Position numbers and translations under genes: made by a program. A stretch of 64,000 bases of DNA from Eledone cirrhosa (taxonomy: Eukaryota), in assembly GCA_964016885.1 (NCBI GenBank), contig OZ024757.1:4030001-4094000 (forward strand), given 5' to 3'. Below are positions 14,351 through 27,300 of this stretch, in pieces. The notes below the pieces were generated by a model. It made no database searches. It was not told where the DNA came from and was given only the letters and a program-made list of their open reading frames with translations. Every line of letters begins with the position of its first letter. The stretch's first letter is position 1.

Positions 14351-14504
14351 AATCATTTTCTGAGCTTTACCTACATACGGCGCATGTTTGGGATTTTCTC
14401 AAACATGACATCCATATTTTTAAATGTATTATATATATATATATATATATGTTTGAGAAAATCCCAAACATGCGCCGTATGTAGGTAAAGCTCAGAAAAT
14501 GATT
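14351..14504. repeat. Perfect inverted repeat, 56-bp arms around a TA-containing spacer
   Basis: 14351-14406 versus 14449-14504. Confidence 0.93.
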
Positions 14505-14639
14505 CCATGGAATAAATCCGAACATTTATTTTAAAAGATCGATTGACCGATATATAAAATATCATATCAAACATTAAGGGGAGATAATTTATAAGGAATA
14601 TAAGACCAGAGAGTTCCATGAGGTAACATATTAAACTTC

Positions 14640-16280
14640 GAATATAGATACCTGGGGGGTATTTATAGTCCTTCCTACAGATTTCGAGAGCAATAAAGGA
14701 ATATCAAGGAAGGAGTATAATAATTATTACTAGGTATCTATAGAATGTAAAGGGACGTAACTCTATGCCACAAGGCATGTTATCCGCAACTCTAACAACT
14801 CCGCCAGTCCACCACGCCCTCTAGCGGTAGATTTTATAAACGATTTCTGATTTATGCACAAGGTCAACAATTTTGGTGGGAGGGGAAAGTCAATTAATCG
14901 AACCAGTAGATTACTGGTACTTTATTTTACCGACTTTATATGTCACGTCATTCTTGAGAGCTACTGGTAACATGGAAACCAGTACAACCTGTCGCATGGT
15001 CGGGTCGTTAGCGACTAAACTGGCAACTCCACCAAGTTTACTTGGTGAGGAGGGTGATTTTGGACACCCTGCAGGACAAAAAACAAAACCTGACAAAGGG
15101 CGAAAGAACTCATAAGAGTCAACGGCCATCCAAAAATGCCTAAATATGTATATACACATGTACATATGTATGTGTATGTATATGCGTGTGTGTATGCCTG
15201 GGGTGTAAGGGAGGGGCATGTACCTCTGTAGGGAGGACTAGCCATGCCCTTTTCAGGACAGCTCGTCCTGCATTGGGTCCCACCTGACACTCAGCTCTCA
15301 CATGTGGCCCGAAGAAGCTGTAGCATGCGACAGCGGCCACACCTTGGTGGCGGGCCGAACCAGGTTGAGGGTAGCCGGACGGGTCTGAAACCCCCCAGTG
15401 AGTTAGATAGGGCATGACTGCCCCTGCATGCGAAGACTGTACCCGGCGGAGTGAGTGGAGGAGGACAACTACGTCCCAACGGTCATGAAGGCAGCGACAG
15501 CAAGCGGTGTGGGGCGCTAAAGGCAGTACAGACGTCGTGGCGATCCACTGCAGCCAAGGAAGCCCCTGGTCGTGACGGTCCTCCGTACCACCGGATTCTG
15601 GCTTCTGCGGCCGAGTGAGTGGGACCGTCACTGTGCACTGGCCCTCCCACTATAAACCTTTTCCGCACAGGTTTCTTTAGCATGCCCTCCCAAAGCCCTA
15701 TGGCGATGGGCGAGAGGTGGAGTAACAGGTGGAGGTAACATCTGGGAGTTGCCTGTCTGACTCCGGTCTCTTCTCCTGCCCCCACTGTTCCCGGACCTGC
15801 AAGTCAAGGATCGGCCTCCATACCCACCTTCGTGCCCACAGCAGACGGGAACAACAATAAAGAGGATGTCATCATCGTTTACTATGGACAATCAAGATTT
15901 TACCGACACCGTAAGGATGAAAGGAAAAGCTAACTTCGGCGAGATTTGAACTCATAACGTAAAGGGACGTAACTCTATGACGCAAAGTTTAATGTCCGCC
16001 AATTCACCACGCCCTCTAGCGGTATATTTAATAATGTTATTTTTCTTATTTAGGCACAAGGCCAGCAATTGGGGAGGGGGTCGGGGGTAGATTCATTCGA
16101 GCCCAGTGCATTACTGGTTCTTTGCTTTACTAACACCGTGATAATTAAAGGCAAAACTAACCTAGGTGGGATTAGAAAACAAAACGTAAAGCGCCGTAAC
16201 TCTATGCCTCAAGACATGTTATCCACTATTCTAGCAGCTCCGCCGAACAACCACGCCCTCTAGCGGTAGATTTAATAACA
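14640..16280 (-). mobile_element. Tandem cluster of decayed tRNA-derived SINE copies, interrupted by other inserts
   Basis: CGTAACTCTATG...CCACGCCCTCTAGCGGTA repeated at about 14756-14829, 15968-16024 and 16196-16268; antisense-similar to the SINE at 59955. Confidence 0.65.
15215..15890 (+). mobile_element. GC-rich insert resembling an RTE LINE 5' UTR
   Basis: GC-rich island containing CAGCTCTCAC..TGTGGC..AGCTG..GCATGCGACAGCGGCCACACC, which I recall as similar to RTE 5' regions; not verified by search. Confidence 0.45.
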
Positions 16281-16499
16281 ATAAGAAAACATTTGAGATG
16301 ATGTTGACCAGAGTGTGTGTTAGAGTGAGAAATGGTGGTGTATTGGGAGATGGGGGGGGGGGGGGGCTTTAATGGAGTTTTTGATGAAATTTGCTGAGTC
16401 ATTCAACCGTGGAAGGTTTCATAACGAAATGTTTCACTTGAATGGATTCGTTAGTTGAGAAAATATTAAAAAGATTCTCGCCAACATTGTTGGCGTTGG

Positions 16500-18355
16500 C
16501 GTTGGAGGTGGTGTAGTGTTGGTTGTGGCTTTGTGGTGGTGGTGGTTGTGGTGGTGGTGTAGTGGTGGTGGTGGTGGTGTAGTAGTGGTGGTGTATGGTG
16601 TGGTGGTGGTGGTGGTTGTGGTGGTGGTGTAGTGGTGGTGGTGGTGGTGTAGTAGTGGTGGTGTATGGTGTGGTGGTGGTGGTGGTTGTGGTGGTGGTGT
16701 AGTGGTGGTGGTGGTGGTGTAGTAGTGGTGGTGTATGGTGTGGTGGTGGCGGTGTAGTAGTGGTGGTGTATGGTGTGGTGGTGGCGGTGTAGTAGTGGTG
16801 GTTTATGGTGTGGTGGTGGTGTAGTAATGGTAGTGTATGGTGTGGTGGTGGTGTAGTAGTGGTGGTGTATGGTGTGGTGGTGGTGTAGTAATGGTGGTGT
16901 ATTTTGTGGTGGTGGTGTAGTAGTGGTGGTGTATGGTGTGGTGGCGGCGGTGTAGTAGTGGTGGTGAATGGTGTGGTGGTGGTGTAGTAGTGGTGGTGTA
17001 TGGTGTGGTGGTGGTGTAGTAGTGGTGGTGTATGGTGTGGTGGTGGTGGTGTAATAGTGATGGTGTATGGTGTGGTGGTGGTGTAGTAGTGGTGGTGTAT
17101 GGTGTGGTGGTGGTGGTGTAATAGTGGCGGTGTATGGTGTGGTGGTGTATGGTTTGGTGGTGGTGTAGTAGTGGTGGTGTATGGTGTGGTGGTGGCGGTG
17201 TAGTAGTGGTGGTGTATGGTGTGGTGGTGGTGTATGGTGTAGGGGTGGTGTAGTAGTGGTGGTGTATGGTGTGGGGGGTGTAGTAGTGGTGGTGTATGGT
17301 GTGGTGGTGGTGGTGTAATAGTGGTGGTGTATGGTGTGGTGGTGTATGGTTTGGTGGTGGTGTAGTAGTGGTGGTGTATGGTGTGGTGGTGGCGGTGTAG
17401 TAGTGGTGGTGTATGGTGTGGTGGTGGTGTATGGTGTAGGGGTGGTGTAGTAGTGGTGGTGTATGGTGTGGGGGGTGTAGTAGTGGTGGTGTATGGTGTG
17501 GTGGTGTATGGTGTGGTGGTGGTGTATGGTGTGGTGGTGGTGTATGATGTGGGGGTGGTGTAGTAGTGGTGGTGTATGGTGTGGTGGTGGTGTAGTAGTG
17601 GTGGTGTATGGTGTGGTGGTGGTGTAGTAGTGCTGGAGTATGGTGTGGTGGTGGTGGTGTAGTAGTGGTGGTGTATGGTGTGGTGGTGGTGTAGTAGTGG
17701 TGGTGTATGGTGTGTTGGTGTATGGAGTGGTGGTGGTGGTGTAGTAATGGTGGTGTATGTTGTGGTGGCGGTGGTGTAGTAGTGGTGGTGTATGGTGTGG
17801 TGGTGGTGGTGTAGTAGTGGTGGTGTATGATGTGGGGGTGGTGTAGTAGTGGTGGTGTATGGTGTGGTGGTGGTGTAGTAGTGGTGGTGTATGGTGTGGT
17901 GGTGGTGTAGTAGTGCTGGAGTATGGTGTGGTGGTGGTGGTGTAGTAGTGGTGGTGTATGGTGTGGTGGTGGTGGTGTAGTAGTGGTGGTGTATGGTGTG
18001 TTGGTGTATGGAGTGGTGGTGGTGGTGTAGTAATGGTGCTGTATGTTGTGGTGGCGGTGGTGTAGTAGTGGTGGTGTATGGTGTGGTGGTGGTGTATGGT
18101 GTGGTGGTGGTGTAGTAGCAGTGGTGTATGTCGTGGTGGTGGTGTATGGTGTGGTGGTGGTGTAGTAGTGGTGGTGTAGTAGCGGTGGTGTATGTCGTGG
18201 TGGTGGTGTATGGTGTGGTGGTGGTGTAGTAGCGGTGGTCTATGGTCTGGTGGTGGTGTAGTATTGGTGGTGTATGGTGTGGTGGTGGTGTAGTAGTGGT
18301 GGTGTATGGTGTTATGGTCGTGTAGTAGTTGTTGTGTTGCTGGTGTGGTGGTCGT
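16500..18355 (+). repeat. GGT-rich satellite (about 32-bp GGTGTAGTAGTGGTGGTGTATGGTGTGGTGGT)
   Basis: Direct reading; extreme G/T strand skew. Confidence 0.95.
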
Positions 18356-21300
18356 CGTCTAGCTTTCCTGGTACTCCCTGTCTAGCTTTTCTGGTACTCC
18401 CCGTCAAGCTTTTCCTGGAACTCACCGTCTAGCTTTTCCTGGAACTCCCCGTCAAGCTTTTCATGGTACTCCTCGTCTAGCTTTTCCTGGTACTCCCCGT
18501 CTAGTTTTTCCTGGTACTCCTTGTCTAGCTCTTCCGTGTACTCCCCGGCTAGCTTTTCCTGGTACTCCACGTCTAGCTTTTCCTGGTACTCCTCGTCCAG
18601 GTTTTCCTGGTACTTCCTGTCTACTTTTTCCTGGTACTCCCTGTCTAGCTTTTTCTGGTACGCCCCGTCTAGTTTTCCTGGTACTCCTCGTCCAGGTTTT
18701 CCTGGTACTCCCTGTCTAGCTTATCCTGGTACTCCCTATCCATCTTTTCCTGGTACTCCCTGACTAGGTTTCTCTGGTACTCACCGTCTAACTTTTCCTG
18801 GTACTCCTCGTCTAGCTTTTCCTGGTACTCCCCGTATAGCTTTTCCAGGTACTCCTCGTCTGGGTTTTCATGGTACTCTCCGTCTAAATGTTCCTGGTAC
18901 TAAACGTCTAGCTTTTCATGGTACTCCACTTCTAGCTTTTCCTGGAACTTCTCGTCCAGGTTTTCCTGGTATATCTCCTCTAAGTTTTCATGGTACTTCC
19001 CGTCTAGCTTTTCCTGGTACTCCTCGTCCAGGTTTTCATGGTACTCCCCATCTAACTTTTCCTGTTTCTCCCCGTCTAGCTTTCTCTGGTACTCCTCGTC
19101 TAGCTTTTCCTGGAAATCCTCATCCAGGTTTTCCTGGTACTCCCTGTCTAACTTTTCCTGTTACTTCCCGACTAGCTTTTCCTGGTACTCCTCGTAAAGC
19201 TTTTCCTGGTACTCCTCGTAAAGCTTTTCCTGGTACTCCTCGTCCAGGTTTTCATGTTACTCCCCGTTTTGCTTTTCATGTTACTCCTCGTCCAGGTTTC
19301 TTGGTACTCCCTGTCTAGCTTTTCCTGATACTGCTCTCTAGCTTTTCTTGCTATTCCCCGTCTAGCATTTCATGGTACTCCCCGTCTAGCTTTTCATGGT
19401 ACTCATCGTCCAGGTTTTCCTGGTACTCCCCGTCTAGCTTTATCTGGTACTCCCGATCTAGCTTATCGTTGTACTCCTCGTCCAACTTTTCCTGGTACTC
19501 CCCGTCTAGATTTTCCTGATACTCCCCGTCTAGCTTTTCCTGGTACTCCCCGTCTAGCTTTTCCTGGTACTCCTCTTCTAGCTTTTCCTCGAACTCCTCG
19601 TCCAGGATTTTCTGGTACTTCCAGTCTAGCGTTTTCTGATACTCCTCGGCTAGCTTTTCCTGGTACTCCTCGTCTAGCGTTTCCTGGTACTCCCCGTCTA
19701 GCCTTACCTGGTACTCCTCATCTAGCTTTTAATGGAACTACCCGTCTAAATTTTCTTTATGCTCCCTGTCTAGCTTTTCCTGGTACTCCCCGTCTAGCTT
19801 TTCATGGTAGTGCCCGTCTCGCTTTTCCTGGTACTCCCAGTTATGCTTTTCATGGTACTCCTCGCACATGTTTTCCTGTTAATCCCTGTCTAGCTTTTCA
19901 TGGTAGCGCCCGTCTCGCTTTTCCTGGTACTCCCAGTCTAGTTTTTCATGGTACTCCCCGTCTCGCTTTTCCTGGTATTTTTCGTTTAGATTTTCCTGGT
20001 ACTCCTCGTCTATCTTTTCATGGTGCTCCTCGTTAGCTTTTCATGGTACGGCCTGTCTAGCTTTTCCTGGTACTCCCCGCCTAGCTTTTCCTGGTACTCC
20101 CCGTCTAGCTTTTCCTGGTACTCCCTGTCTAGCTTTTCCTGGTACTCCCTGTCTAGGTTTTCCAGGTACTCCCCGCTTAGATTTTCCTGGTACTCCACGT
20201 CTAGCTTTTCATGGTACTCCTCGTCCAGGTTGCCCTAGTACTCCCCGTCTCGCTTTTCCTGGTACATCCCGTCTAGCTATTCATGGTACTACCCGTCTAG
20301 CTTTGCCTGGTACTCCTCATCCAGGTTTTTCTGGTATTCCTCGTCCAGGTTTTCCTAGTACTCCCTGTCTAGCTTTTCCTGCTTCTCCCCGTCTAGCTTT
20401 TCCTGGTACACACCGTCTAGCTTTTCCTGGTAATCCCCGACTAGCTTTTCCTGGTACTCCCCGTCTAGCTTTTCCTGGTCCTCCCCGTCTAGCTTTTCAT
20501 GGTACTCCTCGTCCAGGTATTCCTAGTACTCCTTGTCTGGCTTTTCCTGCTACTCCCCGTCTAGCTTTTCCTGGTACACCCCGTCTAGCTTTTCATGGTA
20601 CTCCCCGTCTAACTGTTCCTGGTACTTCTCGTCTAGCTTTTCCTAGTACTCCCCGTCTAGCTTTTCATGGTACTCCCTTTCTAGCTTTTCATGGTACTCC
20701 CCGTCTAGCGTTTCCTGATACTCCCCGTCTAGCTTTTAGTGGTACTCCCCATCTAGCTTTTCCTGGTACTCCCCGTCTAACTTTTCCGGGTACTCCCCGT
20801 CTAGCTTTTCATGGTACTCCTCGCACAGGTTTTCCTGTTACTCCCTGTCTAGCTTTTCATGGCAGTCCCCGTCTCGCTTTTCCTGGTACTACCCGTCTAG
20901 TTTTTCATGGTACTCTCCGTCTAACTTTTCCTGGTATTTTTCCTTTAGCTTTTCCAGGTACACCCCTCTAGCTTTTCAATCGTGTTCCTCGTCTAGCTTT
21001 TCATGGTACGCCCTGTCCAGCTTTTCAAGATACTCCCCGCCTAGCTTTTCCTGGTACTCCCCGTCTATATTTTCCTGATACTCCCTGTCTAGCTTTTCCT
21101 GGTACTCCCTATCTAGCTTTTCATGGGACTCGCCGTCTATCTTTTCCCGGTACTCCCTGTCTAACTTCTGCTGGTACTCCCCGTCTAGCTTTTCATGGTG
21201 CTCCTCGTACAGGTCTTCCTGTTACTCCCCGTCTAGCTTTTCCTGGTACTTATCCTCCACGTTTTCTTGGTACTCCTCGTCTAGCTTTTGATGGTACTCC

Positions 21301-24300
21301 CCGTCGAACTTTTCCTGGTAATCCCCGTGTACTTTTTCCTAGTACTCCCCTTCTAGCTTTCATGTTACTCCTCGTCCAGGTTTAAATGGTACTCCCTATC
21401 TAACTTTTCCTGGTTCTCCCCGTCTAGCTTTTCCTGGTATACCCCGTCTATCTTTTCCTGCTATTCCCGTCTAGCTTTTCATGGTACTCCTTGTACAGGT
21501 TTTCCTGTTACTCCCTGTCTATCTTTTGATGGTAGTTCCCGTCTCGCTTTTCCAGGTACTCCCCTCTAACTTTTCATGGAACTCCCCGTCTAACTATTCC
21601 TGGTGCTCCTCGTCTAGCTTTTCTTTGTATTCCTCGTCCAGGTTTTCCTAGTACTCCCCGTCTAGCTTTTCCTGCTACTCCCCGTCTAGCTTTTCCTGGT
21701 ACACACCGTCTAGCTTTTCCTGGTAATCGCCGTCTATCTTTTCCTGGTACTCCCCGTCTAGATTTTCATGGTACTCCTCGTACAAGTTTTCCAGGTACTC
21801 CCTGTCTAGCTTTTCCTGCTACTCCCCGTCTAGCTTTTCCTTGTACACCCCGTCTAACTTTTCCTGGAATCCCCGTCTAGCTTTTCCTGGTACTCCCTGT
21901 CTAGCTTTTCCTGGTCCTCCCCGTCAAGCTTTTCATGGTACTCCTCGTCCAGGTTTTCCTAGTAATCCCTGTCTGGCTTTTCCTGCTACTCCCCGTGTAG
22001 TTTTTCCTGGTACTCCCCTTCTAGCTTTCATGTTACTCCTCGTCCAGGCTTTTCATGGTACTCCCTGTCTAACTTTTCCTGGTACTCCCCGTCTAGCTTT
22101 TCCTGGTACTCCCCGTCTAACTTTACCTGGTACTCCCTGTCTAGCTTTTCCTGGTACACCCCGTCTAGATTTTCATGGTACTCCCCGTTTCGCCTTTCCT
22201 GGTGCTCCCCGTTATGCTTTTCATGGTACTCCCCGTCTGTCTTTTCCTGGTACTTCTCGTCTAGGATTTTCCTGGTACTCCCCGTCTAGCTTTTGATGGT
22301 ACTCCCTTTCTAGCTTTTCCTGGTACTCCCCGTCTAGCTTTTCCTGGTACTCCCCTTCTAGTTTTTCATGTTACTCCTCGTACAGGTTTTTTTTCTGGAA
22401 CTACCTGTCTGACTTTTGCTGGTAGTCCCCGCCTAGCTTTTCATGGTACTGTCTATCTTTGATGGTAGTCCCCGTCTCGCTTTTCCAGGTACTCCCCTCT
22501 AGCTTTTCATGGAACTCACCGTCTAATTCTTCCTGGTGCTCCTCGTCTAGCTTTTCTTGGTATTCCTCGTCCAGGTTTTCCTAGTACTCCCTGTCTAGCT
22601 TTTCCTGCTTCTCCCCGTCTTGCTTTTCCTGGTACACACCGTCTAGCTTTTCCTGGTAATCCCAGTCTAGCTTTTCCTGGTACTCCCCGTCTAGCTTTTC
22701 CTGGTAATCCCCGTCTAGCTTTTCCTGGTACTCCCTGTCTAGCTTTTCCTGGTCCTCCCCGTCAAGCTTTTCATGGTACTCCCCGTCCATGTTTTCCTCG
22801 TAATCCCTGTCTGGCTTTTCCTGCTATCCCCGTCCAGCTTTTCCTGGTACTTCCCCTCCACGTTTTCTTGGTTCTCCTCGACTAGCTTTTGATGGTACTC
22901 CCCATCTAACTTTTCCTGGTACTCCCCGTGTAGTTTTTCCTGGTACTCCCCTTCTAGCTTTCATGTTACTCCTCGTCCAGGCTTTTCATTGTACTACCTG
23001 TCTAACTTTTCCTGGTACTCCCCGTCTAGCTTTTCCTGGTACTCCCCGTCTAACTTTACCTGGTACTCCCTGTCTAGCTTTTGCTGGTACACCCCGTCTA
23101 GATTTTCATGGTACTCCCCGTTTCGCCTTTCCTGGTGCTCCCCGTTATGCTTTTCATGGTACTCCCCGTCTGTCTTTTCCTGCTACTTCTCGTCTAGAAT
23201 TTTCCTGGTACTCCCCGTCTAGCTTATGATGGTACTCCCTTTCTAGCTTTTCCTGGTACTCCCTGTCTAGCTTTTCCTGGTCCTCCCCGTCAAGCTTTTC
23301 ATGGTACTCCCCGTCCATGTTTTCCTCGTAATCCCTGTCTGGCTTTTCCAGCTACTCCCCGTCCAGCTTTTCCTGGTACTTCCCCTCCACGTTTTCTTGG
23401 TTCTCCTCGTCTAGCTTTTGATGGTACTCCCCATCTAACTTTTCCTGGTACTCCCCGTGTAGTTTTTCCTGGTACTTCTCGTCTAGAATTTTCCTGGTAC
23501 GCCCCGTCTAGCTTTTGAAGGTACTCCCTTTCTAGCTTTTCCTGGTACGCCCCGTCTAGCTTTTGAAGGTACTCCCCTTCTAGTTTTTCATGTTACTCCT
23601 CGTACAGGTTTTTTTTCTGGAACTACCTGTCTGACTTTTGCTGGTAGTCCCCGCCTAGCTTTTCATGGTACTGTCTATCTTTGATGGTAGTCCCCGTCTC
23701 GCTTTTCCAGGTACTCCCCTCTCGCTTTTCATGGAACTCCCCGTCTAATTCTTCCTGGTGCTCCTCGTCTAGCTTTTCTTGGTATTCCTCGTCCAGGTTT
23801 TCCCAGTACTCCCTGTCTAGCTTTTCCTGCTTCTCCGCGTCTAGCTTTTCCTGGTACACACCGTCTAGCTTTTCCTGGTAATCCCCGTCTAGCTTTTCCT
23901 GGTACTCCCCGTCTAGCTTTTCCTGGTCCTCCCCGTCTAGCGTTTCATGGTACTCCTCGTCCAGGTATTCCTAGTACTCCTTGTCTGGCTTTTCCTGCTA
24001 CTCCCCGTCTAGCTTTTCCTGGTACACCCCGTCTAGCTTTTCATGGTACTCCCCGTCTAACTGTTCCTGGTACTTCTCGTCTAGCTTTTCCTAGTACTCC
24101 CCGTCTAGCTTTTCATGGTACTCCCTTTCTAGCTTTTCATGGTCCTCCCCGTCTAGCGTTTCCTGATACTCCCCGTCTAGCTTTTAGTGGTACTCCCCAT
24201 CTAGCTTTTCCTGGTACTCCCCGTCTAACTTTTCCTGGTACTCCCCGTCTAGATTTTCATGGTACTCCTCGCACAGGTTTTCCTGTTACTCCCAGTCTAG

Positions 24301-27300
24301 CTTTTCATGGCAGTCCCCGTCTCGCTTTTCCTGGTACTCCCCGTCTAGCTTCTCCTGGTAATCCCCGTCTAGCTTTTCCTGGTACTCCCTGTCTAGCTTT
24401 TCCTGGTCCTCCCCGTCAAGCTTTTCATGGTACTCCCCGTCCATGTTTTCCTCGTAATCCCTGTCTGGCTTTTCCTGCTACTCCCCGTCCAGCTTTTCCT
24501 GGTACTTCCCCTCCACGTTTTCTTGGTTCTCCTCGTCTAGCTTTTGATGGTACTCCCCATCTAACTTTTCCTGGTACTCCCCGTGTAGTTTTTCCTGGTA
24601 CTCCCCTTCTAGCTTTCATGTTACTCCTCGTCCAGGCTTTTCATGGTACTCCCTGTCTAACTTTTCCTGGTACTCCCCGTCTAGCTTTTCCTGGTACTCC
24701 CCGTCTAACTTTACCTGGTACTCCCTGTCTAGCTTTTCCTGGTACACCCTGTCTAGATTTTCATGGTACTCCCCGTTTCGCCTTTCCTGGTGCTCCCCGT
24801 TATGCTTTTCATGGTACTCCCCGTCTGTCTTTTCCTGCTACTTCTCGTCTAGAATTTTCCTGGTACTCCCCGTCTAGCTTATGATGGTACTCCCTTTCTA
24901 GCTTTTCCTGGTACTCCCTGTCTAGCTTTTCCTGGTCCTCCCCGTCAAGCTTTTCATGGTACTCCCCGTCCATGTTTTCCTCGTAATCCCTGTCTGGCTT
25001 TTCCTGCTACTCCCCGTCCAGCTTTTCCTGGTACTTCCCCTCCACGTTTTCTTGGTTCTCCTCGTCTAGCTTTTGATGGTACTGCCCATCTAACTTTTCC
25101 TGGTACTCCCCGTGTAGTTTTTCCTGGTACTCCCCTTCTAGCTTTCATGTTACTCCTCGTCCAGGCTTTTCATGGTACTCCCTGTCTAACTTTTCCTGGT
25201 ACTCCCCGTCTAGCTTTTCCTGGTACTCCCCGTCTAACTTTACCTGGTACTCCCTGTCTAGCTTTTCCTGGTACACCCCGTCTAGATTTTCATGGTACTC
25301 CCCGTTTCGCCTTTCCTGGTGCTCCCCGTTATGCTTTTCATGGTACTCCCCGTCTGTCTTTTCCTGGTACTTCTCGTCTAGAATTTTCCTGGTACTCCCC
25401 GTCTAGCTTTTGATGGTACTCCCTTTCTAGCTTTTCCTGGTACTCCCCGTCTAGCTTTTCCTGGTACTCCCCTTCTAGTTTTTCATGTTACTCCTCGTAC
25501 AGGTTTTTTTTCTGGAACTACCTGTCTGACTTTTGCTGGTAGTCCCCGCCTAGCTTTTCATGGTACTGTCTATCTTTGATGGTAGTCCCCGTCTCGCTTT
25601 TCCAGGTACTCCCCTCTCGCTTTTCATGGAACTCCCCGTCTAATTCTTCCTGGTGCTCCTCGTCTAGCTTTTCTTGGTATTCCTCGTCCAGGTTTTCCTA
25701 GTACTCCCTGTCTAGCTTTTCCTTCTTCTCCGCGTCTAGCTTTTCCTGGTACACACCGTCTAGCTTTTCCTGGTAATCCCCGTCTAGCTTTTCCTGGTAC
25801 TCCCCGTCTAGCTTTTCCTGGTCCTCCCCGTCTAGCGTTTCATGGTACTCCTCGTCCAGGTATTCCTAGTACTCCTTGTCTGGCTTTTCCTGCTACTCCC
25901 CGTCTAGCTTTTCCTGGTACACCCCGTCTAGCTTTTCATGGTACTCCCCGTCTAACTGTTCCTGGTACTTCTCGTCTAGCTTTTCCTAGTACTCCCCGTC
26001 TAGCTTTTCATGGTACTCCCTTTCTAGCTTTTCATGGTACTCCCCGTCTAGCGTTTCCTGATACTCCCCGTCTAGCTTTTAGTGGTACTCCCCATCTAGC
26101 TTTTCCTGGTACTCCCCGTCTAACTTTTCCTGGTACTCCCCGTCTAGATTTTCATGGTACTCCTCGCACAGGTTTTCCTGTTACTCCCAGTCTAGCTTTT
26201 CATGGCAGTCCCCGTCTCGCTTTTCCTGGTACTACCCGTCTAGTTTTTCATGGTACTCTCCGTCTAACTTTTGCAGGTATTTTTCCTTTAGCTTTTCCAG
26301 GTACACCCCTCTAGCTGTTCAATCGTGCTCCTCGTCTAGCTTTTCATGGTACGCCCTGTCTAGCTTTTCAAGATACTCCCCTCCTAGCTTTTCCTGGTAC
26401 TCCCCGTCTATATTTTCCTGATACTCCCTGTCTAGCTTTTCCTGGTACTCCCTATCTAGCTTTTCATGGGACTCGCCGTCTATCTTTTCCCGGTACTCCC
26501 TGTCTAACTTTTGCTGGTACTCCCCGTCTAGCTTTTCATGGTGCTCCTCGTACAGGTCTTCCTGTTACTCCCCGTCTAGCTTTTCCTGGTACTTATCCTC
26601 CACGTTTTCTTGGTACTCCCCGTCGAACTTTTTCTGGTAATCCCCGTGTACTTTTTCCTGGTACTCCCCTTCCAGCTTTCATGTTACTCCTCGTCCAGGC
26701 TTTTCATGGTACTCCCTGTCTAACTTTTCCTGGTACTCCCCGTCTAGCTTTTCCTGGTACCCCCGTCTATCTTTTCCTGCTATTCCCGTCTAGCTTTTCA
26801 TGGTACTCCTTGTACAGGTTTTCCTGTTACTCCGTGTCTATCTTTTGATGGTAGACCCCGTCTCGCTTTTCCTGGTACTCCCTGTCTAGCTTTTCCTGGT
26901 ACTCCCCTTCTAGCTTTTCATGGTACTCCTCGTACAGGATTTCCTGTTACTCCCTGTCTATCTTTTGATGGTAGTTCCCGTCTCGCTTTTCCAGGTACTC
27001 CCCTCTAACTTTTCATGGAACTCCCCGTCTAACTATTCCTGGTGCTCCTCGTCTAGCTTTTCTTTGTATTCCTCGTCCAGGTTTTCCTAGTACTCCCCGT
27101 CTAGATTTTCCTGCTACTCCCCGTCTAGCTTTTCCTGGTACACACCGTCTAGCTTTTCCTGGTAATCGCCGTCTAGCTTTTCCTGGTACTCCCTGTCTAG
27201 CTTTTCCTGGTACACCCCGTCTAGCATTTCATGTTACTCCCGTCTCGATTTTCCTGGTACTCCCCGTTATGCTTTTCAGTGTACTCCCCGTCTGTCTTTT

